From positions 319,114,001 to 319,178,000 of the forward strand of contig NC_091979.1 in the NCBI RefSeq assembly GCF_044704955.1: a DNA stretch of 64,000 nt. The letters run 5' to 3'. How positions within the stretch are numbered: the first letter of the stretch is position 1; each line of letters begins with the position of its first letter. This DNA is from Pristiophorus japonicus (lineage: Eukaryota). Position numbers and translations under genes: made by a program. Below are positions 48,998 to 61,327 of this stretch, piece by piece. Below the pieces are notes generated by a model, which saw only the letters and a list, made by a program, of their open reading frames with translations, did not search any database and was not told the origin of the DNA.

Positions 48998-50535
48998 AAT
49001 AGTCCAGAATGTACATCCCGGGGAACAGACACACACTGCACCATTATCACACCCTCAGAGTGGTCCAGAGTGCACATCCCGGGGAACATACACACACTGC
49101 ACCATTATCACACCCTCAGAGTGGTCCAGAGTACACATCCCGGGGAACAGACACACACTGCACCATTATCACACCCTCAGAGTGGTCCAGAGCTGCACAT
49201 CCCGGGTAACAGACACACACTGCACCATTATCACACCCTCAGAGTGGTCCAGAGTGCACATCCCGGGTAACAGACACACACTGCACCATTATCACACCCT
49301 CAGAGTGGTCCAGAGTACACATCCCGGGGAACAGACACACACTGCACCATTATCACACCCTCAGAGTGGTCTAGAGCTGTACATCCTGGGGAACAGACAC
49401 ACACTGCACCATTATCACACCCTCAGAGTGGTCCAGAGTACACATCCCGGGGAACAGACACACACTGCACCATTATCACACCCTCAGAGTGGTCTAGAGC
49501 TGTACATCCTGGGGAACAGACACACACTGCACCATTATCACACCCTCAGAGTGGTCCAGAGTACACATCCCGGGGAACAGACACACACTGCACCATTATC
49601 ACACCCTCAGAGTGGTCTAGAGCTGTACATCCTGGGGAACAGACACACACTGCACCATTATCACACCCTCAGAGTGGTCCAGAGCTGCACATCCCGGGTA
49701 ACAGACACATACTGCACCATTATCACACCCTCAGAGTGGTCCAGAGAGCACATCCCGAGTAACATACACACACTGCACCATTATCACACCCTCAGAGTGG
49801 TCTAGAGCTATACATCCTGGGGAACAGATACACACTGCACCATTATCACACCCTCAGAGTGGTCCAGAGTGTACATCCCGGGTAACAGACACACACTGAA
49901 CCATTATCACACCCTCAGAGTGGTCCAGAGAGCACATCCCGAGTAACATACACACACTGCACCATTATCACACCCTCAGAGTGATCCAGAGTGTACATCC
50001 CGGGTAACAGATACACTGCACCATTATCACACCCTCAGAGTTGATCCAGAGCTACACATCCCAGGTAACAGACACACACTGCACCATTATTACACTCTCA
50101 GAGTGGTCCAGAGTGTACATCCCGGGTAACATACACACACTGCACCATTATCACACCCTCAGAGTGGTCTAGAGCTACACATCCCGGGGAACAGACACAC
50201 ACTGCACCATTATCACACCCTCAGAGTGGCCTAGAGCTGCACATCCCGGGTAATAGACACACACTGCACCATTATCACACCCTCAGAGTGATCCAGAGCT
50301 ACACATCCCGGGGAACAGACACACACTGCACCATTATCACACCCTCAGAGTGGTCCAGAATGTACATCCCGGGTAACAGACACACACTGCACCATTATCA
50401 CACCCTCAGAGTGATCCAGAGCTACACATCCCGGGTAACAGACACACACTGCACCATTATCACACCCGCAGAGTGGTCCAGAATGTACATCCCGGGTAAC
50501 AGACACACACTGCACCATTATCACATCCTCAGAAT
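48998..50535. repeat. ~61-62 bp minisatellite (GAGTGGTCCAGAGTGCACATCCCGGGGAACAGACACACACTGCACCATTATCACACCCTCA)n, ~25 copies
   Basis: Direct tandem repetition. Confidence 0.97.
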
Positions 50536-51289
50536 GAGTTCACAGATGCAAATTAACTGCACAAAGACTTCACAGATGTAAATAAAAAGTACTCTGTTGA
50601 AGGGCAGGTGTGGTATAGGAAGTGGAAATGTGCTACGGGATACAGTGAAGACTCGATGGAGGTGTACTATAAGGGTGTTTAGAACATTGCAGGCGGACCA
50701 GATTTATTGAGTCCATGTGAATGTTCAGATGGTATGAGCTTATGTCAAATTATTTAGGCAAAAATGAGATCATGTAAGGTTCTGTTAGGTAGGAGGATGT
50801 GAACCTGCGAACAACAGGAACTCAAGTATAGAATACAGGACAATAGATATAACGAGTAACATGTCATATCAGGGGTGGGGCTCGGCAATGTGGACTGAAG
50901 TGTAAGTCTTAATGTGTGCCCTCCAAGTTGTGCAAATATCTCTCATTCAATGACAGCCTTCCTGCATTGGTCACCCTTGTCGTTGCGAGATCGCCTGATG
51001 ACAGGACCCAATAAAGAGTCGCATTATATGTGGACGCCAAGATATTGCTCAGAGACCAGTACACCTGAAGGAGGTCTGTCTGTTTCTCAGCACGTACCCC
51101 AGATGATATAAAAATGAAACACTGGCCAAGAGTTGGTGAACAATGTGTCTGTATTGAATAGTGCAGCATGGCAAATGACAGGACATGCAAACAAGTGAAT
51201 CCAAAAATTGTACATTATTTCCAAAACCAGTCAAGTGAGAATCCAAACGAACCATGTGAAGCAACAGCAATAGCTTAATGAAGAGTTAC

Positions 51290-54200
51290 CAACATCACCA
51301 GCACCAACACCCAACCCTCCATCCACTACCACCACCTCTCTTTCCCCCCCTCGATGTGAGGCCTATTGCCTTCTTCATGGTTCCGCTTTCACCATGGCAA
51401 CACGCACCCCTGCCCCTCACCGCCTCTGCTCCATGACATTGTGGAGCCCTGCTGCCGTGTTCGTCTTGGAGAGAATGTAGGGGGCGAGATGGAATCCGCT
51501 GGCAACTCCTCGGGATCTGTCGGCCTCGTTGGTGAGGTTTCGGGGGTTTGCATGACATGGCCCGAAACCATCGATTGGCACATGACCTCTACAGAGTCGG
51601 TGTTTCGCTCCACCGCACTGATGAGCCGCGACATCCTTGTACATTGTATATCCCTGTCTGGAGTAAAAATCAAACAGCGAAGGTGGCTCAACCGTGGCTA
51701 ACAAGGGAAATTAGGGATAGTGTTAAATCCAAGGAAGAGGCATACAAATTGGCCAGAAAAGGCAGCATACCTGAGGACTGGGAGAAATTTAGAATACAGC
51801 AGAGGAGGACAAATGGTTTAATTAGGAGGGGGAAAATAGAGTACGAGAGGGAGCTTGCCGGAAACATAAAAAAATGACTGCAAAAGCTTCTTTCGATATG
51901 TGAAGAGAAAAAGATTAGTGAAGACAAACGTAGGTCCCTTGCAGTCGGACTCAGGTGAATTTATAATGGGGAACAACGAAATAGCAGACCAATTGAACAA
52001 ATACTTTGGTTCTGTCTTCACAAAGGAAGACACAAATAACCTTCTGAAAGTACGAGGGGACTGAGGGTCTAGTGAAAGGAGGAACTGAAGGATATCCTTA
52101 TTAGGTGGTAAATTGTGTTAGGGAAATTGATGGGATTGAAGGCCAATAAATCCCCAGGGCCTGAAGGTTAGCATCCCAGAGTACTTAAGGAAGTGGCCCT
52201 AGAAATAGTGGATGCATTGGTGATCATTTTCCAACAGTCTATCGATTCTGGATCAGTTCCTATGGACTGGAGGGTAGCTAATGTAACACTACTTTTTAAA
52301 AAGGGAGGAAGAGAGAAAACGGGTAATTATAGACTGGGTAGCCTGACATCAGTATTGGGAAAAATGTTGGAATCAATTATTAAGGATGAAATAGCAGCGC
52401 ATTTGGAAAGCAGTGACAGGATCGGTCCAAGTCAGCATGGATTTATGAAAGGGAAATCATGCTTGACGAATCTTCTGGAATTTTTTGAGGATGTAACTAG
52501 CAGAGTGGGCAAGGGAGAACCAGTGGATGTGGTGTATTTCGACTTTCAAAAGGCCTTTGACAAGAGATTGGTGTGAAAAATTAAAGCACATGGTATTGGG
52601 GATAATGTACTGGCGTGGATAGAGAATTGGTTGGCAGACAGGAAGCAGAGAGTCGGGATAAACGGTTCCTTTTCGGAATGGGAGGCAGTGACTAGTGGAA
52701 TGCTGCAGGGCTCAGTCCTGGGACCCTAGCTCTTTACAATATATATTAATGATTGGGATGAAGGAATTGAGTGTAACATCTCCAGGTTTGCAGATGGCAC
52801 TAAACTGGGTGGCGGTGTGAGCTGTGAGGAGGACACTAAGAGGCTGCAGGGTGATTTGGACAAGTTAGGTGAGTGGGCAAATGCATGGCAGATGCAGTAT
52901 AATGTGGATAAATGTGAGGTTATCCACTTTGGGGGCAAAAACACGAAGGCAGAATATTATCTGAATGGCAGCAGATTAGGAAAAGGGGAGGTGCAATGAG
53001 ACCTAGGTGTCATGGTTTATCAGTTATTGAAAGTTGGCATGCAGGTACAGTAGGCGGTGAAGAAGGCAAATGGCATGTTGGCCTTCAGAGCTAGGTGATT
53101 TGAGTATAGGAGCAGGGAGGTCTTACTGCAGTTGTACAGGGCCTTGGTGAGTTCAATTTTGGTCTCCTAATCTGAGGAAGGACGTTCTTGCCATTGAGGG
53201 AGTGCAGCGAAGGTTCACCAGACTGAGTCCAGGGATGGCTGGACTGACATTTGAGGAGAGACTGGATCGACTGGGCCTTTATACACTGGAGTTTAGAAGG
53301 ATGAGAGGGGATCTCATAGAAATATATGAGATTCTGACGAGACTGGACAGGTTAGATGCAGGAAGAATGTTCCCGATGTTGGGGAAGTCCAGAACCATGG
53401 GACACAGTCTTAGGATAAGAGGTAGGCCATTTAGGACTGAGATGAGGAGGAACTTCTTCACTCAGAGAGTTATTAACCTATGAAATTCCCTGCTGCAGAG
53501 AGTTGTTGATGGCAGTTCATTGGATATATTCAAGAGGGAGTTAGATATAGCCCTTACGGCTAAAGGGATCAAGAGGTATGGAGAGAAAGCAGGAAAGGGG
53601 TACCGAGGGAATGATCAGCCATGATCTTATTGAATGGTGGTGCAGGCTCGAAGGGCTGAATGGCCTACTCCTGCACCTATTTTCTATGTTTCTATGTTTC
53701 TATGACATACTGCCCCTCACCGCCTCTGCTCCATGACTTTGTGCAGGAGGGCAGTGGAGCCCTGCTGCCATGTTCGTCTTGGAGAGAATGTAGGGGGTGA
53801 GATGAAATCCACTGGTAACTCCAGCTCCTTGGGATCTGTCGGCCTCGTTGGTGAGGCACCGGGGGGTTGCATGACATGGCCCGAAAGCATCGATTGGCAA
53901 ATGGCCTCTACAGAGTCGGTGTTTCGCTCCACCGCACTGATGAGCCGCGACATACTGGCAGAATGCTCCTCTGCAAAGGTGGCAATGCTGGCACCTATCC
54001 CAGCCCTGGCCTGCAGCAGATCTCGACCTATCTCGACACTCGTCCTCGACAACTGCACCATTTCCTGGAATGCCTCCCCCCCGTCCTGCATCCTCATCGG
54101 CTTGTTGCATCATCATGGATGATTGTGGCTTGGTGGCTTTTCCGGCACGGCTTCTGTACCTCCCAACACTTGTTCCCACGTCGTCCAATTCGAATCCCAA

Positions 54201-55254
54201 AAAATCCGACCCCGAAAGCGATGTTGGCCGAACAGGTGACACACATGTCAGGAGGCTGGAGTCATCCTCTTGCAGCTCCTCGACCTCAAGTAGTTCGAAC
54301 ACTGGCACTTCTCCCTCCTCTCCCTCCTGGTCTTCGTGTCTCTGTCTCTGGGTGGCGGAGGTTGATGTGGGGGATGTGTGTGATCTGGTGGGTGGGGGAA
54401 GGAGCTGGTGTGTTGAGCTGCTGATGGTGTCGAGGTGGAAGGCGGGTTGTTTGACACTGCCTTTGTGTATCAGAGGTGGATGGGGTGCATTGATCGGTGC
54501 TGTCGCAATCAACATCTGGACGTAGAGGACAACATTTAGGTGTGTAGCGGGGGGGGGTTGGTCATGTGACATGTTTCCGTCACATTTCTCATTCTTACTT
54601 CAAGGACTTCCATCGCTACATGAGCACAGCATTAATGGGCGACACACAGTGCGATAAAAAACAGTTGACATAACATTACATGACCTTGCGTGACATGAGT
54701 GTGACACAGACCGGAGATTCAGTAATGCTTACCCTGCTCTAGCACGGGATCTGCACCACCCTGTGTGGTGGCACGGGGGTGGTCACCCACCACAGCCAAA
54801 GCACGCTCCTCTAAGCTAGTCACCTCGATGAAATCTGGTGAGCCCCCTCCCATGCCACTCTGCTTTGATGTGTTGGATGCTCTTTTCTTCTGCAGAAATA
54901 AAAGTTGCAGCCTTTACCTGTTTTGCTCATGTAACACCCGCACACACAACCACACAGACACAACGGACAGAGAACCTTTTGGAATAGTATGGGAGTGCAA
55001 CAATACATGTTTATTTATTCTTGATGATGCAACCATATGGTTCCATCGTTTCCTACACTGGTCTCCATCCCACACAACATTGCTCACTGAGGACACAGCC
55101 TCCCCCATCTCCCGCCAAATGTGTCTGTATTCGGGTGGTGCAGGCTTGCCACGACCATCCCGGGTAAGGTCTTTATAATGGCACTCCAATTCACATACAA
55201 GTTCTTCCAGCACCGCCTCACTAAACCAGGGAGCTCTGGGCCTCCCTCCATTCG
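51290..55254 (-). mobile_element. Harbinger Myb/SANT accessory-gene remnant, interrupted by CR1 and truncated by a Gypsy LTR
   Basis: RAPWFSEAVLEELV...IWREMGEAVSSVSNVVWDGDQCRKRWNHMV at 54914-55254; acidic and low-complexity downstream exons. Confidence 0.75.
51638..53704 (+). mobile_element. CR1 LINE, 5'-truncated
   Basis: RT motifs with stops; (TTCTATGT)n tail. Confidence 0.94.
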
Positions 55255-56215
55255 TGTTATATCTTGAACAAAGCAATGTGACTGAGTACTGTAGATGTGA
55301 GTAAGTGTGACCTTAGTCTCTTTATTCTAACTCCAGAGTGCTGGTACAGCATGGGAGGCCTGCTTATAAACATTACTGCCAAGGGATGCTGGGATCCCTT
55401 GGAACTCCAACAGATACACTCTCTGGTGGCAGTAGAATGCTGGTTATATCGGGTTGCATACATAACATCACTCCCTCCCAAAGTCAATAGTATACTTATT
55501 TACAGGGTGAGACGATCTGGGGCTTTCCGCTCCCTAGACGATAGTCTCAGTACAAATGCAGGTGCAGGTGAGGCGGTTGATTCTTCGCTGGGCTGCAGCG
55601 CAGCTGGCCTTGCTGGGCTTCATGGTCAACCGTGATGTTGGTTGCCACTTGTATGTGCCGGAGGATCAAAGTTGGTGGTGTCTTCTTCAGGTTGCTCGTG
55701 GCTGTCTGTGAATCGCAGTTTGGTTTGGTCTAAATGCGTTCTGCAAGTTAGTCCATTTGCGAGTTTGACCTGAAACACCCTACTCCCTTCTTTGGCTATG
55801 AAAGTGTCAGCAAGCTATTTGGGACCATGTCCATAGTTGAGTACAAATACAGGGTCATTGACTTCAATATCGCATCACAAATTTGCGCGATCATGGTACA
55901 TGCTTTGTTGATGCTGCCTATCCTCGACGTGATCATGGAGATCAGGGTGGACAAGACAGAGTCTTGTTTTGAGCACACTTTTCATGAGCAGCTTGGCTGG
56001 GGGAACCCCGGTGAGCGAGTGGGATCTAGTGCGGTAGCTGAGCATGACTCGGGGCAGGCGGGTCTGCAGGGAGCCTTCCGACATGCGTTTCAAGCTTTGC
56101 TTGATGAATGAACTGCCCGTTCTGCCTGGCCGTTGGATGCGGGCTTGAATTGGACAGATGTGACATGCTTGATCCCATTGCTGGTCATGAATTCCTTGAA
56201 TTCAACACTGGTGAA
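55255..56215 (-). mobile_element. Gypsy 3' LTR (55255-55467) plus integrase C-terminus
   Basis: TGTTAT...ATAACA LTR termini; PPT GGGAGGGAG; KPASNGQAERAV, LQTRLPRVMLSYRT...TGVPPAKLLM. Confidence 0.88.
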
Positions 56216-59200
56216 GCTTTTCATTCTCTTTTCTATTTCAGTAAGTAACCTTTAGCATTGTTGCTGCCAAATTAAGTTCATCTAGGGGTTAAGTCATGAC
56301 AGGAGAGCTCGGACACATGTTATGCTCTTTCTGTACCATGTGGGAAATCAGGGACGCCTCCGGTGTCCCTGACAACTCCGTGTGCGGGAAGTGTATCCGC
56401 CTCCAGCTCCTGACGAACCGTGTTGCGGAACTGGAGCTGCGGGTGGATTCACTTTGGAGCATGCACAATGCTAAGAAAGATGTGAATAGCACATTTCATG
56501 AGTTGGTCTTACCGCAGGTTAAGGGTTCACAGCCAGATAGGGAATGGAAGACCAACAGGAAGAGCAGTGCAAGGAAGATAGTGCAGGGGTCCCCTGCGGT
56601 CATCCACCTGCAAAACAGATACACCGCTTTGGGTTAGGTTGAGGGGGATGACTAATCAGGGGAGATCAGCAGCAGCCATGTTCATGGCAGCGTGGCTAGC
56701 TCTGCTGCACAGGAGGGCAGGAAAAAGAGTGGGAGAGCAATAGTGATAGGGGATTCGATTGTAAGGTGAATAAATAGGCATTTCTGCGGCCGCAACCAAG
56801 ACTCCAGGATGGTATGTTGCCTCCCTGGTGCAAGGATCAAGGATGTCTCGGAGCGGGTGCAGGACATTCTAAAAAGGGAGGGTGAACAGTCAGTTGTTGT
56901 GGTGCATATAGGTACCAATGATATAGGTAAAAAATGGGATGAGGTCCTACGAGACAAATTTAGGGAGCTAGGAGTTAAATTAAAAAGTAGGACCTCAAAA
57001 GTAGTAATCTCAGGATTGCTACCAGTGCCACGTGCCAGTCAGAGTAGGTATCGCAGGATAGCTCAAATGAATACATGGCTTGAGCAGTGGTGCAGAAAGG
57101 AGGGATTCAAATTCCTGGGACATTGGAACTGGTTCTGGGGGCGGTGGGACCAAGTACAAACCGGACGGTCTGCACCTGGACAGGACCGGAACCAATGTCC
57201 TAGGGGGAGTGTTTGCTAGTGCTGTTTGGGAGGAGTTAAAACTAATATGGCAGGGGGATGGGAATCTATGCAGGGAGACAGAGGGAAATAAAATGGAGAC
57301 AGAAGCAAAAGATAGAAAGGAGAATAGTAAAAGTGGAGGGCAGAGAAACCCAAGGCAAAAAACGAAAAGGGCCACTTTATAGCAGAATTCGGAAGGGTCA
57401 AAGTATGTTCAAAAGACAAGCCTGAAAGCTCTGTGCCTCAATGCGAGGAGTATTCGGAATAAGGTGGACAAATTAACTGCGCAGATAGCAGTTAACTGGT
57501 ATGATGTGATTGGCATCACGGAGACATGGGTGACCAAGGCTGAGAACTCAACATGCAGGGGTATTCAGCATTTAGGATATATAGACAGAAAGGAAAAGGA
57601 GGCGCGGTGGCATTGCTGGTTAAAGAGGAAATTAATGCAATTGTAAGGAAGGACATTAGCTTGGATCATGTGGAATTGGTATGGGTGAAGCTATGGAATA
57701 GCAAAGGGCAGAAAACGCGAGTGGGAGTTGTGTACAGGCCACCAAATAGTAGTACTGAAGTTGGGGACAGCATCAAACAAGAAACAAGGGATGTGTGCAA
57801 TAAAGGTACAGCAGTAATCATGGGCGACTTTAATCTATATATTGATTGGGCTAACCTAACTGGTAGCAATGCGGTGGAGGAGGATTTCCTGGAGTGTATT
57901 AGGGATGGTTTTCTAGACCAATATGTTGAGGAACCAACCAGAGAGCTGGCCATCCAAGACTGGGTGATGTGTAATGAGAAGGGACTAATCAGCAATCTTG
58001 TTGTGCGAGGCCCCTTGGGGAAGAGTGACCATAATATGGTAGAATTCTTTATTAAGATGGTGAGTGACAAAGTTAATTCAGAAACTAGGGTCCTGAACTT
58101 AAGGAAAGGTAACTTTGATGGTATGAGGCGCGAATTGCCTAGATTAGTCTGGCAAATGATGCTTAAAGGGTTGACGGTGGATAGGCAATTGCAAACCTTT
58201 AAAGATCACATGGATGAACTTCAACATTTGTAAATCCCTCTCTGGAGTAAAAATAAAACGGTGAAGGTGGCTCAACCGTGGCTAACAAGGGAAATTAAGG
58301 ATAGTGTTAAATCCAAGGAAGAGGCATACAAATTAGCCAGAAAAAGTAGCAAGCCGGAGGACTGGGAGAAATTTAGAATACAGCAGAGGTGGACAAAGGG
58401 TTTAATTAAGAGGGGGAAAATGGAGTACGAGAGTAAGCTTGCCGGATACATAAAAAATGACTGCAAAAGCTTCTATAGATATGTGAAGAGAAAAAGATTA
58501 GTGAAGACAAACGTTGGTCCCTTGCAATCGGATTCGGGTGAATTTATAATGGGGAACAGAGAAATGGCAGACCAATTGAACAAGTACTTTGGTTCTGTCT
58601 TCACAAAGGAAGACACAAATAACCTTCCCGATGTACTAGGGAACCGAAGGTCTTGTGAGAAGGAGGAACTGAAGGATATCCTTATTAGGCGGGAAATTGT
58701 GTTCGAGAAATTGACGGGATTGAAGGCCGATAAATCCCCAGGACCTGATAGTCTACATCCCAGAGTACTTAAGGAAGTGGCCCTTGAAATAGTGGATGCT
58801 TTGGTGATAATTTTCCAACAGTCTATGGACTCTGGATCGGTTCCTATGGACTGGAGGGTTGCTAATGTAACACCACTTTTTAAAAAAGGAGGGAGAGAGA
58901 AAACGGGTAATTATAGACGGGTTAGCCTGACATCAGTCGTGGGGAAAGTGTTGGAATCAATCATTAAGGATGAAATAGCAGCACATTTGGAAAGCAGTGA
59001 TAGGATTGGTCCAAGTCAGCATGGATTTATGAAGGGGAAATCATGCTTGACGAATCTTCTGGAATTTTTTGAGGATGTAACCAGTAGAGTGGACAAGGGA
59101 GAACCAGTGGATGTGGTGTATTTGGACTTTCAAAAGGCTTTTGACAAGGTCCCACACAAGAGATTGGTGTGCAAAATTAAAGCACATGATATTGGGAGTA

Positions 59201-60127
59201 ATGTACTGACGTGGATAGAGAACTGGTTGGCAGACAGGAAGCAGAGAGTCGGGATTAACGGGTCCTTTTCAGAATGGCAGGCAGTGACTAGTGGAGTGCC
59301 GCAGGGCTCAGTGCTGGGACCCCAACTCTTTACAATATACATTAATGATTTGGATGATGGAATTGAGTGTAATATCTCCAAGTTCGCAGATGACACGAAA
59401 CTGGGTGGCGGTGTGAGCTGTGAGGAGGATGCTAAGAGGCTGCAGGGTGACTTGGACAGGTTAGGTGAGTGGGCAAATACATGGAAGATGCGGTATAATG
59501 TGGATAAATGTGAGGTTATCCACTTTGGGGGCAAAATCACGAAGGCAGAATATTATCTGAATGGCGGCAGATTAGGAAAAGGGGAGGTGCAGCGAGACCT
59601 GGGTGTCATGTACATTAATCATTGAAGATTGGCATGCAGGTACAGCAGGCGGTGAAGGCAGAAAATGGTATGTTGGCCTTCATAGCAAGGGGATTTGAAT
59701 ATAGGAGCAGGTAAGTCTTATTGCAGTTGTACAGGGCCTTGGTGAGGCCCCAACTGGAATATTGTGTTCAGTTTTGGTCTGCTAATCTGAGGAAGGACAT
59801 TCTTGCTATTGAGGGAATGCAGCGGAGGTTCACCAGACTGATTCCCGGGATGGCAGGACTGTCATATGAGAAGAGAGTGGATCGACTGGGCCTGTATTCA
59901 CTGGAGTTTAGAAGGATGAGAGGGGATCTCATAGAAACATATAAAATTCTGACGGGACTGGACAGGTTAGATGCAGGAAGAATGTTCCCAATGTTGGGGA
60001 AGTCCAGAACCAGGGGTCACAGTCTAAGGATAAGGGGTAAGCCATTTAGGACCGAGATGAGGAGAAACTTCTTCACCCAGAGAGTGGTGAACCTGTGTAA
60101 TTCTCTACCACAGAAAGTAGTTGAGGC
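56216..60127 (+). mobile_element. Near full-length CR1 LINE (ORF1 Zn-finger + SGNH esterase; ORF2 APE + RT)
   Basis: ORF1 CSFCTMWE...CGKC, VIGDSIV, VVVHIGTNDIG, DGLHL; ORF2 LNARSIRNK, GITETW, YLDFQKAFDKVPH, FADDTK; scattered stops. Confidence 0.95.
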
Positions 60128-60960
60128 CATGTTGGCCTTCATAGCGAGGGGATTTGAATACAGGGGCAGGGAGGTGTTGCTACAGTTGTACAGGGCCTTG
60201 GTGAGGCCACACCTGGAGTATTGTGTACAGTTTTGGTCTCCTAACTTGAGGAAGGACATTCTTGCTATTGAGGGAGTGCAGCGAAGGTTCACCAGACTGA
60301 TTCCCGGGATGGCGGGACTGACCTATCAAGAAAGATTGGATCAACTGGGCTTGTATTCACTGGAGTTCAGAAGAATGAGAGGGGATCTCATAGAAACGTT
60401 TAAAATTCTGACGGGTTTAGACAGGTTAGATGCAGAAAGAATGTTCCCAATGTTGGGGAAGTCCAGAACCAGGGGTCACAATCTGAGGATAAGGGGTAAG
60501 CCATTTAGGACCGAGATGAGGAGAAACTTCTTCACCCAGAGAGTGGTGAACCTGTGGAATTCTCTACCACAGAAAGTAGTTGAGGCCAATTCACTAAATA
60601 TATTCAAAAGGGAGTTAGATGAAGTCCTTACTACTCGGGGGATCAAGGGGTATGGCGAGAAAGCAGGAAGGGGGTACTGAAGTTTCATGTTCAGCCATGA
60701 ACTCATTGAATGGCGGTGCAGGCTAGAAGGGCCGAATGGCCTACACCTGCACCTATTTTCTATGTTTCTATGTTTCTATTCACTAAATATATTCAAAAGG
60801 GAGTTAGATGAAGTCCTTACTACTCGGGGAATCAAGGGGTATGGCGAGAAAGCAGGAAGGGGGTACTGAAGTTTCATGTTCAGCCATGAACTCATTGAAT
60901 GGCGGTGCAGGCTAGAAGGGCTGAATTGCCTACTCCTGCACCTATTTTCTGTGTTTCTAT
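60128..60960 (+). mobile_element. Two further tandem CR1 3' ends (60128-60778 and 60779-60960)
   Basis: Repeated C-terminal ORF2 segment and two (TTCTATGT)n tails. Confidence 0.92.
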
Positions 60961-61190
60961 GAACACCTCGATCAAATCTCCCCTTAATCTTCACTGCTCT
61001 AAGGAGAACAACCTCAATTTCTCCATCTCTCAACACAACTGAAATCTTCCCACCCTGGACCCGTTCTAGTAAATCTCCTCTGCACCCACTCTCAGGCCTT
61101 GCCATCCTTCCTAAAGTGTGGTGCCCAGAGTTAGCCACAGGACTCTTGATGGGGCCTAACCATGTTTTATAAAGGCTTAGTATATTTTGT
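60961..61190 (-). mobile_element. CR1 fragment
   Basis: LSLYKTWLGP...GHHTLGR degenerate RT C-terminus. Confidence 0.65.
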
Positions 61191-61327
61191 CTCACATATT
61201 TGAAGATAACTAATTTTCAGGGTTATGGGGAAAAAGCTGGGGTGTGGGACTAAATTAAACAACTCTTTCAAAGGGCCAGCCCAGGCACGACGGGCCGAAG
61301 GACCTCCTTCTGTGCTGTAAGATTCGA

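Noticed and set aside
48998-50535. CRISPR-like regular array
   Set aside because: Units repeat end to end with no unique spacers; eukaryotic context with no cas genes
59721-60680. 319-aa protein with an internal duplication
   Set aside because: Chance in-frame fusion of two CR1 3' ends
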